35,280 bases of DNA, from the NCBI GenBank assembly GCA_018238625.1, contig JABCSY010000038.1, positions 1 to 35,280 on the forward strand. The letters run 5' to 3'. Source of the DNA: Promethearchaeota archaeon (GTDB lineage: Archaea > Asgardarchaeota > Lokiarchaeia > Sigyniarchaeales > SOKP01). Below, piece after piece: positions 27,608-35,280 of this stretch; positions within the stretch are counted from its first letter, which is position 1; every line of letters starts with the position of its first letter. Under the pieces are notes generated by a model, which saw only the letters and a program-made list of their open reading frames with translations, did no database searches and was not told where the DNA came from. The position numbers and the translations under genes were made by a program.

Positions 27608-28444
27608 TTAGAGGTGTTCCTCTAACCACATGCTAAGATCTGTTAAAACTTCTTTTCGATACGTTTCACTTTCATTATAAACCTCATGATATAACCCATC
27701 GTAAATTTTAATTACTTTATCATCCATTGTAAACATGTCTTTTATCTCTTCAGCACCGTATATTAAACGATCTTCAGAACCACATTGCATTAACATTGGA
27801 AGTTTCAATTCACTAATAAATGAAGGAACTGCTCTAAAACTTTTTATCATTATATAACCAAGTCGAGTAGTAATTTTTTTATAGTTTACGAGTGGATCGT
27901 TTTTATAGTCTTCAATTACGTCAAGATCGTGACTTAATAATTCAGGATTTAAGCCAGGATTCATACTAATTCGAGGGGCGAGTTTTGAGAAAATTTTAGC
28001 AATAGCTCTCATAAAGCCATTTGATTTTCCCCCCGTTCTAGTACCCATTGCGGCAATAATTATACCGTTTAAAAGATTTTCGTATTTCTTTGTAAAATAA
28101 ACAATAATTAACGAGCCAAATGAATGACCTAACATGAATATTGGTAATCTGGGGCTTTTTTCTTTTATTATATCATAAAATTTCTTGAGGTCCTCTATAA
28201 ATTGATCCATTGAATCAACGTAATTTTTCAAGCCTTCAGATTTTCCATGACCTCGAAGATCGTGAGCATAAATCGCATAATTTAATGGGATTAACTTATC
28301 AACAATATTTTTATATCTACCAGAATGTTCTGCAAATGCGTGAACGATAATAATAATACCTTTGGGTTTATTTTCTGGTAACCATCCTTGAAAATAAATT
28401 TTTACATCATTAACTCCTTTAAATTCTCCTTCTATGTGTTTCAT
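27608..28444 (-). CDS. Alpha/beta hydrolase (lysophospholipase / monoacylglycerol lipase)
   Basis: HAFAEHSGRY, DLRGHGKS, GHSFG nucleophile elbow, YHEVYNE. Confidence 0.92.
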   Translation of the reverse strand: MKHIEGEFKGVNDVKIYFQGWLPENKPKGIIIIVHAFAEHSGRYKNIVDKLIPLNYAIYAHDLRGHGKSEGLKNYVDSMDQFIEDLKKFYDIIKEKSPRLPIFMLGHSFGSLIIVYFTKKYENLLNGIIIAAMGTRTGGKSNGFMRAIAKIFSKLAPRISMNPGLNPELLSHDLDVIEDYKNDPLVNYKKITTRLGYIMIKSFRAVPSFISELKLPMLMQCGSEDRLIYGAEEIKDMFTMDDKVIKIYDGLYHEVYNESETYRKEVLTDLSMWLEEHL

Positions 28445-28479
28445 TTTGCAAACCTTAAAAATTGAATAAAGTGTTTAAA

Positions 28480-29760
28480 TTAAGACTTGACATCGCTCAA
28501 ATCAATTCCTTTTGTTTCTTTTAGGAAAAAGTGGATTATAGGAATAATAATTAGATAAGGTAAACTAAATAAAATAAAAGTAATACCAAGCCCCAGGTAA
28601 AAAATAGAAATACTACTTAAAATTAAGCCAATTGTCATACCAAACGCAGCGATTAGTGACTTAAACCCAGTTCCCATTCCTCTTGCTTCTGTTGGAGTAA
28701 TTTCTATAGTTACAATCCTAATTAAAACGGTCATACACTGTGAAGTCAAATAAGCAACGCCACCGCTAAGAGCAACAATAATAAGGGCATTTGCGGGCAA
28801 GTTAACGCCCATCACTAACAGTACTATGGAAATTGGTTGTAGAATTGAATATATGTAAAAAATCACTTTTCTTCCATACTTATCTGCTATTATGCCTGTA
28901 ACAATATAACCAATGAAAGTACACAAACTTATTAGCAAAATAATTAAAGTAGCATCATCTTGACTTAAATATGAGCTATTCGTAATAAAACTTTCCAATA
29001 AAGATCTAAAAACATAATTGAAATTTATAATAAAACCAGACAATAATATTGCAAAATACCCATTTCGATTTGATGATTTAAATAAAATTTTTAAATTTTT
29101 ATTAAAAGTTTTTTGGTGTAATAATTTCTTTTCTTTCATTTCTTGAAATTTTGAAGTTTCTTTAAATGAAAAGAGAATTAAGAAACCCAGTGGAAAGCCT
29201 AAGAAGATCGCAAATAGAGTCATTCCTCTCCAATTTGAAATTGTATCAGAAATAAAGATCGAGCGAAGCAAAAAAAGAATGACCGCCCCCCCTAAACCAC
29301 CTATTAATACAATGTTTGTCCACGTTGCCCTTTTAGCTGCTGGTGATTCTTCATTAAGATAGATGGTCCAAATATCCGAACTGAAAAAGATGTATAGAAG
29401 GAATAAATAGATTGTATATTGAATAATATTAGTGGAGAAAAATAATAATAAAGAAGAGAAGGCCATTCCAAATACAGTAAAAACAAGCAATATTTTCCTT
29501 CCAAATTTATCAGCAAAAAATTGATTTAAAAATACAAAATATGTACCCAAAGTAGCTATTGCTATAACTAAGGCCATCATAGAATTTGCTACATTGATTG
29601 AATAATCTGATAAAAATTCCTCAATAATTTTTGATGGAATTGCAGTAGGATAAAGAGTAGAATATGTATCAAGTATTTCTACGAACATTAAAACAATAAT
29701 CATATAAAAAAAGTAACTTTTTGTTCTAGAAATTTTCATACTTGTATTTTCTTCTGTCAT
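28480..29760 (-). CDS. MFS transporter (sugar/organic-ion type)
   Basis: ADKFGRK and ADKYGRK, EESP..KR, EITPTEARG, KETK; likely start MTEE at 29760. Confidence 0.9.
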   Translation of the reverse strand: MTEENTSMKISRTKSYFFYMIIVLMFVEILDTYSTLYPTAIPSKIIEEFLSDYSINVANSMMALVIAIATLGTYFVFLNQFFADKFGRKILLVFTVFGMAFSSLLLFFSTNIIQYTIYLFLLYIFFSSDIWTIYLNEESPAAKRATWTNIVLIGGLGGAVILFLLRSIFISDTISNWRGMTLFAIFLGFPLGFLILFSFKETSKFQEMKEKKLLHQKTFNKNLKILFKSSNRNGYFAILLSGFIINFNYVFRSLLESFITNSSYLSQDDATLIILLISLCTFIGYIVTGIIADKYGRKVIFYIYSILQPISIVLLVMGVNLPANALIIVALSGGVAYLTSQCMTVLIRIVTIEITPTEARGMGTGFKSLIAAFGMTIGLILSSISIFYLGLGITFILFSLPYLIIIPIIHFFLKETKGIDLSDVKS

Positions 29761-29826
29761 AATTCTAATTTTCAACTTATAGCTATTTAAAGATTTAATC
29801 TGTTCTAGAAAAAAAAATAAAAACAA

Positions 29827-31014
29827 TTATAGACTATCCTTTATGGCCTTTGTGATTTGATTTAAAGCCCTTTCCAAAATAGAGCGTGGGCAAGCAAGAT
29901 TTATCCTATTAAAACCCTTACCACCTTTTCCAAATAGATAACCTTCAAATAATGCTACTTTTGCTTTTTCAAGCATGATTGTACTTAATTGATTAGCATC
30001 GAAACCCAATTTTCTAAAATCAATCCAAGCGAAATAAGTCCCTTCAGGTTCGACTATTTCGAGCTCCGGTAGATTTTCTTCAAGATATGCTTTTAAAAAC
30101 TCTAGATTCTTTTGAATGTATAAAATCGCCTCTACTAACCAATTCTCGCAATTATTATATGCTACTTCAAGAGCAATAGATCCAAAGCAATTAGCTTGTG
30201 TGATTCCAATACTTCGACAAGATTTCCTAAATAGATTCCGGAGTTTTTGGTTAGGTATTATAATGTTGGATAATTTTAAACCAGGTAAATTAAATGTTTT
30301 GCTTGGAGAAGTACATGTTATTGAATTTTGGGCAAATTCATCTGATATCGATGCAAATGGTATGTGCTTATATTTGGGATAGATTAAGTCGCAATGAATT
30401 TCATCTGAAAGCACCAAAATATTGTTTTTTAAACAGATTTCTCCAAGACGAATCAATTCTTTTTTTGTCCAAACACGTCCAGTAGGATTATGCGGATTAC
30501 ACAAAATTAAAATTCTCGTGGACGATTTTTTAACTTTAGCTTCTAAATCTTCAAAATTAATCTCATAATATTTATTAGAAAACCTTAGAGGGTTTAATAA
30601 TCGTCTTCTATCATTATTTCTCACTGCACTAAAAAATGGAGGATAGGCAGGATTCTGAATAATAATTTTATCACGAGATTTACTGAATGACTGAATCGTT
30701 AGATTGATTCCAGGAATAACGCCTGGTGTATAAGTAATCCAATTTTTCTTTATATTCCAATTATGGCGCCGTTTAAACCAGTCAATTACAGCAGTATAAT
30801 ACTCAGTCGGAAAAAATGTGTAACCATATATTCCATGCTTCGCCCGCTTGATAAGTGCCTTTCTAATAGGAAGTGGTGCAAGAAAGTCCATATCTGCTAC
30901 CCATAATGGTAAAAGATTAGGTTTTTGGAAGATGTGACTTACACCATCCCATTTCTCTGAATGGGTATTTGATCGATCGATATATTCATCAAAATTAAAA
31001 TGATTATCTTGCAT
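29827..31014 (-). CDS. patB: MalY/PatB family PLP-dependent C-S lyase
   Basis: LPLWVADMDF, CNPHNPTGRVW, SDEIHCD, SPSKTFN. Confidence 0.9.
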   Translation of the reverse strand: MQDNHFNFDEYIDRSNTHSEKWDGVSHIFQKPNLLPLWVADMDFLAPLPIRKALIKRAKHGIYGYTFFPTEYYTAVIDWFKRRHNWNIKKNWITYTPGVIPGINLTIQSFSKSRDKIIIQNPAYPPFFSAVRNNDRRRLLNPLRFSNKYYEINFEDLEAKVKKSSTRILILCNPHNPTGRVWTKKELIRLGEICLKNNILVLSDEIHCDLIYPKYKHIPFASISDEFAQNSITCTSPSKTFNLPGLKLSNIIIPNQKLRNLFRKSCRSIGITQANCFGSIALEVAYNNCENWLVEAILYIQKNLEFLKAYLEENLPELEIVEPEGTYFAWIDFRKLGFDANQLSTIMLEKAKVALFEGYLFGKGGKGFNRINLACPRSILERALNQITKAIKDSL

Positions 31015-31091
31015 TATATTTAATATTTTTTTGAAAATAATATAACTTTTTATTAAATTAAATTAAGAACAAAAATCATACCAATTAGAAA

Positions 31092-32243
31092 ATGAAAATT
31101 TCCAAACTCCTAAGAGACGAACTTATTTTTATCTTGAAAAAGTTGGTCCAAATCCCTTCAGAAAACCCACCTGGAACAACAAAAGAAATTGTAAATTTCC
31201 TTATCGCTGATGTATTCAAAGAAGAGCAAGGTTTTCAAAATCAAGTTATTGTAAATATAAAAAACGGTGTAGAACTCCATAACCTTGTATCCACTATTGG
31301 AAATGGAGAGGAAAAAATTGTATTATCTGGACACTTTGATGTAGTGCCCGCTGGAGACGCTGCTCAATGGGAGTACCCTCCTTTTTCAGCTAGAATCAAC
31401 AATGGAAGATTATATGGTCGCGGTTCAGCCGATATGAAAGGTGGTATCGCTTCCTTAATTGGCGTGATAAAAACCTTAAGTAAAATTCCCCATTTTTTAG
31501 ATAAATATACATTAGTATTCGTAGGAACTGCTGATGAAGAAGCAGGAATGTCGGGTTCTTTTGCTCTTTCAAAACAAGGGATTATGAACGACTCAATTCT
31601 TCTAATAATAGCAGAACCTACAGACTTAAAAGTAGGCATCGGTGAAAAAGGTTTGTTATGGGTCAAATTGAAAATAATTGGGAAATCTGCCCACGGTTCA
31701 GCGCCCCATGAAGGAATTAACGCAATTGAAGGCGCGTTAAAAACTATTCCTCAATTGTACAATTGTTTAGAAGAAAAAACAAACGATATATTAGGAAAAT
31801 CAACTTTAAATATTGGAAAGATTAGCGGAGGTACAGCAGTTAACATAGTTCCGGATCAAGCTATCTTAGATCTTGATTATAGGGTGATCCCCGAACAAGA
31901 CCATAACTCTTTAATTGATAATTTGAAGAATCTAAAAAAACATAATTTCTCTATCGATATAGAGATCATAAATAAGTTATCCGAACTTCAAACAGATTCA
32001 ACTCATCCATTCATTCAAAATCTAAAAAAGGTTTCTAAAAGCGATGTTTTAGGTTTATCCTATGCAACTGATGCAGCTCATCTCGTTAGTGTTAATAATC
32101 CAATCCCTTTTGTAATATTTGGCCCCGGAGATCCAAGCAATATTCACAAAATAGACGAATTTATTGAATTAGAACAAATATTTCAAGCAACGGAGCATTT
32201 AACAAACGCTCTCCTACAAACTTACAGCAAAGAAAAAGATTGA
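31092..32243 (+). CDS. M20 family metallopeptidase/deacylase (ArgE/DapE-like)
   Basis: GHFDVV, GRGSADMKGG, DEE, AEPT, GPG...IHKIDE. Confidence 0.92.
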   Translation: MKISKLLRDELIFILKKLVQIPSENPPGTTKEIVNFLIADVFKEEQGFQNQVIVNIKNGVELHNLVSTIGNGEEKIVLSGHFDVVPAGDAAQWEYPPFSARINNGRLYGRGSADMKGGIASLIGVIKTLSKIPHFLDKYTLVFVGTADEEAGMSGSFALSKQGIMNDSILLIIAEPTDLKVGIGEKGLLWVKLKIIGKSAHGSAPHEGINAIEGALKTIPQLYNCLEEKTNDILGKSTLNIGKISGGTAVNIVPDQAILDLDYRVIPEQDHNSLIDNLKNLKKHNFSIDIEIINKLSELQTDSTHPFIQNLKKVSKSDVLGLSYATDAAHLVSVNNPIPFVIFGPGDPSNIHKIDEFIELEQIFQATEHLTNALLQTYSKEKD

Positions 32244-32254
32244 TAATTTAAAAT

Positions 32255-33415
32255 TTATAAAGATTTAACAAATTTTTCGACTCTATCCATAGCTTCTTCA
32301 AGTTTTTCTAATTTAGTAGCATACGATATTCTTAACATGTTTTCTGAGTATGAACCAAATATATTACCTGGTACTACTGCAACTGCTTGATCTTCCATTA
32401 TTTTTTTCGAAAATTCTGCTCCCGTAAGACCAAATTGGCTAATTTTTGGCATAATATAAAACGCTCCTTTCGGTCTAACTACTTCAAAACCCATTTCTTT
32501 TAGCCTATTATAAGCGAGTAAACGCCTTATATTAAAACTCTCCAAAATCTCGTCAAAAAAACTATTTCCCATTTTCAACGCCTCTAAGAATCCATATTGG
32601 GCCGCGTGATTTGTACCTGCTGCTGTATATTGATGGTATTTTTCCATTAAATCAATTATTTCTTTATTAGCAGCCACATATCCCAATCTAAATCCCGTGG
32701 CGGAATACAATTTAGACATCGCATTTAAGGTAATAGTCCGTTCAAGCATACCTTTTAACGAAGCTGGGCTCGTATGACTCGTTCCATCGTAAAGGTAATT
32801 CTCGTAAACTTCGTCGGAGATTAAATACAAGTCGTTATTCTTAACAATTTCAACTATATCTTGCAGTTCCTTTCGGTTTAAAGAATGTCCTGTAGGGTTA
32901 TTAGGCGAGTTTATCAAAATCGCTTTTGTTTTATCTGTGATTAATTTTTTTATTTTCTCGATATCTGGACTAAAATCATTTTTCCTCTCAACTTCAATTA
33001 CTTTTACGCCAAAAAAAAGACCTAAATAGAAATACGAGATAAAATTTGGAGAAGATAAAATAAGCTCATCACCAGGATTAAACAACGAGGCAAACGTGAG
33101 ACTGAGCGCTTGTGAGCCGCCATTAGTAACAATAATGTTTTCTTTCCAAATTGTTTCAATGTTATTAGCTGATTTCAATTTAAGTTCAAGTTGCTGCAAT
33201 AATTCTGGAACGCCTTTAGTCGGAGCGTAATACGTAATTTTCTCGTTTAACGCCTTAATATTTCCTCTTATTGCAGGTTCAGGAGTTGAGAAATCGGGTT
33301 GCCCAATTCCTAAGCTTATAACATCGGAGCGCCCTGCGGCAAGATTAAAAAGTTCCCTAATCTTCGATTTTGGCGCCAAATCAACCTTTCCTGATAATTC
33401 CTTCATTTTTATCAT
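32255..33415 (-). CDS. Class I/II PLP aminotransferase (aspartate/aromatic type)
   Basis: IGQPDF, NSPNNPTG, SDEVY, SKLYSATGFRLG, LRISYA. Confidence 0.93.
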   Translation of the reverse strand: MIKMKELSGKVDLAPKSKIRELFNLAAGRSDVISLGIGQPDFSTPEPAIRGNIKALNEKITYYAPTKGVPELLQQLELKLKSANNIETIWKENIIVTNGGSQALSLTFASLFNPGDELILSSPNFISYFYLGLFFGVKVIEVERKNDFSPDIEKIKKLITDKTKAILINSPNNPTGHSLNRKELQDIVEIVKNNDLYLISDEVYENYLYDGTSHTSPASLKGMLERTITLNAMSKLYSATGFRLGYVAANKEIIDLMEKYHQYTAAGTNHAAQYGFLEALKMGNSFFDEILESFNIRRLLAYNRLKEMGFEVVRPKGAFYIMPKISQFGLTGAEFSKKIMEDQAVAVVPGNIFGSYSENMLRISYATKLEKLEEAMDRVEKFVKSL

Positions 33416-33494
33416 TTATCGAATTGTAATTAAATAAAATGATTACTAACTTAAAAGAAGTATAATAGGAGATTTCTTAGCCAATAATTTTATT

Positions 33495-34058
33495 TCAAAT
33501 TTTTTCTCCATAGTTTCTTAAAATTTGATGCACTAAATTCTTAAAAGCTTTCTCTACATTTTCGCCATATTTAGCGCTCGTTTCAATAAAATCGCTAGCA
33601 CTAATCTCTTTAGCGAGATTATTTCCCTCTTCATTACTGACTACGCGGTGTTCGTTTAAGTCAACTTTATTACCGATTAATATGTATGCGCCTTCTTTTT
33701 TGACGTAATTTTTAAAATCCTTTAACCATTTTGACTTAATATTGTCAAAGGTGTTATGTCGTGTAAGATCAAAAACTAATAATGCCCCAACACATCCTTG
33801 GAAGTACATAGACCTTATAACGTTATACTTTTCTTGACCTGCAAGATCCCACATTATTAATCGCACTTTTGCGTTAACATCGTCTATAGTAACATCCTTC
33901 CTGATTATATTAGCTCCTAACGTAGGTTTGTAGTCGTCTTCAAACGAGCTTTCTACAAATTGATTAATAAGTGAAGTTTTACCAACGGCTGAATCTCCTA
34001 AAATTGTGATTTTAAAAACATATTCCTTAGTTTCTGTGGATAATCCATCTACTGGCAA
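33495..34058 (-). CDS. Rab-like small GTPase
   Basis: GDSAVGKT, TLGAN, WDLAGQ, GNKVD, SAK; TTG start. Confidence 0.95.
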   Translation of the reverse strand: MPVDGLSTETKEYVFKITILGDSAVGKTSLINQFVESSFEDDYKPTLGANIIRKDVTIDDVNAKVRLIMWDLAGQEKYNVIRSMYFQGCVGALLVFDLTRHNTFDNIKSKWLKDFKNYVKKEGAYILIGNKVDLNEHRVVSNEEGNNLAKEISASDFIETSAKYGENVEKAFKNLVHQILRNYGEKI

Positions 34059-34148
34059 TTTTACTGATTAATGAAGTGTAATTTTTATTAAAGATATAAA
34101 TACAACAAAATTTATTTTGATTTTTGTTATATATAAGCTTTTGTTATT

Positions 34149-34739
34149 TTAGGATATAAATGTTTTCTCAATTTTTAATTTCAAAATAAATGAGTTGTGA
34201 TTTGGATCGCTAATGTTCTCTTTTATGCTTCCAAATGGAACCACGCAAAAACCCGAAGGTAAATTTTTTTCCAACGAATGAATTAAAAAACCTTTGAATA
34301 AATCACAAGAAACTCCAATTTCAGAACAAAATATGCATTTATCAACTCGAATGACCACCAATTCAGGCGTGCTTTCCACTATTTTAACTTGCCAATTAGC
34401 AACAATCAATTGGTTTATCTCGTTAATTATTTCTCCGAAATTTTTTCCAAAAGGAAACAAATAAAACGAGAATTTCCGTCCAATTTCGTATAATAATTTA
34501 GTAGAATCGTACAACAAACAATTTTGAGCAGATATTATTTTTTTAAAAGAAAAAAAGTCAATTACACCATCGGGATCAACTTCTCTTATATCTTTTAGTT
34601 CCAATAATTCAGCTTCTCTTAATATCGATTTCATCCCATCGTAATCTAAGTTATCTAAATAAGATTGCAATAAAGCTGTTAGCACTCTATTTTTAACTAA
34701 TCCTCGATATTCCCCTATTATTTCCGAATTATTTGCCAT
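34149..34739 (-). CDS. Divergent V4R/H-NOX-like domain protein
   Basis: N-terminal NRVL..LL.......GMKSILREA pattern, YEIGRKF, VDKCIFC...SCDLFKGFL as in 4-vinyl-reductase-type proteins; terminal Cys residues missing. Confidence 0.6.
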   Translation of the reverse strand: MANNSEIIGEYRGLVKNRVLTALLQSYLDNLDYDGMKSILREAELLELKDIREVDPDGVIDFFSFKKIISAQNCLLYDSTKLLYEIGRKFSFYLFPFGKNFGEIINEINQLIVANWQVKIVESTPELVVIRVDKCIFCSEIGVSCDLFKGFLIHSLEKNLPSGFCVVPFGSIKENISDPNHNSFILKLKIEKTFIS

Positions 34740-34795
34740 AGAGCCTGAATTAATAAATCATTTTTATACGTGTTATAACTTTAGATATTAGTGTT

Positions 34796-34877
34796 AACCT
34801 TAAAAAGCTAATTTATTTCTAAAAATCTCCATGTTGCTTAGCTCTATATTTTTAGAATTTTTAAAGCTTTTAAGGTT
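34796..34877. repeat. Long imperfect inverted repeat (13-bp outer and 10-bp inner arms) followed by poly-T
   Basis: AACCTTAAAAAGCT (34796-34809) pairs with AGCTTTTAAGGTT (34865-34877) with one bulge; TTCTAAAAAT (34817-34826) pairs with ATTTTTAGAA (34848-34857). Confidence 0.7.
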
Positions 34878-35104
34878 TTTTTTTTAAAATTAGTTTCATT
34901 TCCCTAATACGAACTATTTTTCTTCCTAGCAAAACTCATGTTAGTTGTTTATTTAAAGTAATAATACGCTTTTACGTTCTAAATTAGGATGTAATTTCAT
35001 TAATATTAATGATTAATCCTTAAAAATTAGAAAAAGATTTAAAAATTGGAATAAAGCTGTATTAAGATTAAAGATAAAAAAAAATAAAAGAAAAATGCTT
35101 AATA

Positions 35105-35280
35105 TTATTCGTTCATTTCATATGCGTCCTTTAATGAATGAACTGTATCCCACACTTTACCAAAACGCTCAGGATCGACATTTGGTTTCTTTATCATCTT
35201 CAAACACCATTCCATCTGTTCAGGAGTAGTACTAGATTTATTATATAGATTTAATGCGTATTTGGAAAAGTCTCTCACTA
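35105..35280 (-). CDS. 3' end of a hypothetical protein truncated by the window edge
   Basis: Open frame not in the ORF track: ...VRDFSKYALNLYNKSSTTPEQMEWCLKMIKKPNVDPERFGKVWDTVHSLKDAYEMNE*, TAA at 35105-35107. Confidence 0.7.
   Translation of the reverse strand, partial: VRDFSKYALNLYNKSSTTPEQMEWCLKMIKKPNVDPERFGKVWDTVHSLKDAYEMNE

Noticed and set aside
1935-31666. About 20 short alternative-frame or antisense ORFs in the track (e.g. 5151-5447, 6868-7224, 18655-18939, 25721-26179, 31364-31666)
   Set aside because: All overlap well-supported genes and have no recognisable motifs; they are shadow ORFs.
1-35280. Selenoprotein (UGA read-through) or SECIS element, prompted by pstK
   Set aside because: None of the TGA-ending ORFs looks truncated at a catalytic Cys position, the thioredoxin has ordinary CTPC, and I saw no convincing SECIS by eye. 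A SECISearch-type scan would be needed to exclude it.
1-35280. tRNA, rRNA, CRISPR array or IS element
   Set aside because: No GC-rich cloverleaf or rRNA-like tract, no regularly spaced repeats and no transposase or integrase motifs were seen.

Overview
AT-rich, gene-dense chromosomal segment. It most likely comes from an Asgard archaeon (Lokiarchaeia-like); this is inferred from archaeal TBP, CDC48, deoxyhypusine synthase and a PSTK/Kti12-like kinase occurring with four stand-alone Rab-like GTPases, two V4R-fold proteins and longin-like proteins. About 39 CDS cover housekeeping (argS, tbp, cdc48, dys, speB, pncC), amino-acid and peptide metabolism, a cytoplasmic reductive-dehalogenase-like protein and eukaryotic-signature-like proteins. 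I found no rRNA, tRNA, CRISPR array or transposase. The best candidate for a new system is the coupling of a Rab-like GTPase with a V4R (Bet3/TRAPP-related fold) protein, seen twice: Rab-thioredoxin/KaiB-like-V4R at 16724-18121 and V4R-Rab at 33495-34739. Other notable items are a TBP with an acidic N-terminal tail and three upstream TTTATAAA boxes, a probable ATT start codon, a motif-deviant Rab and large intergenic inverted repeats. All family calls come from motif recognition by eye; no database search was run.
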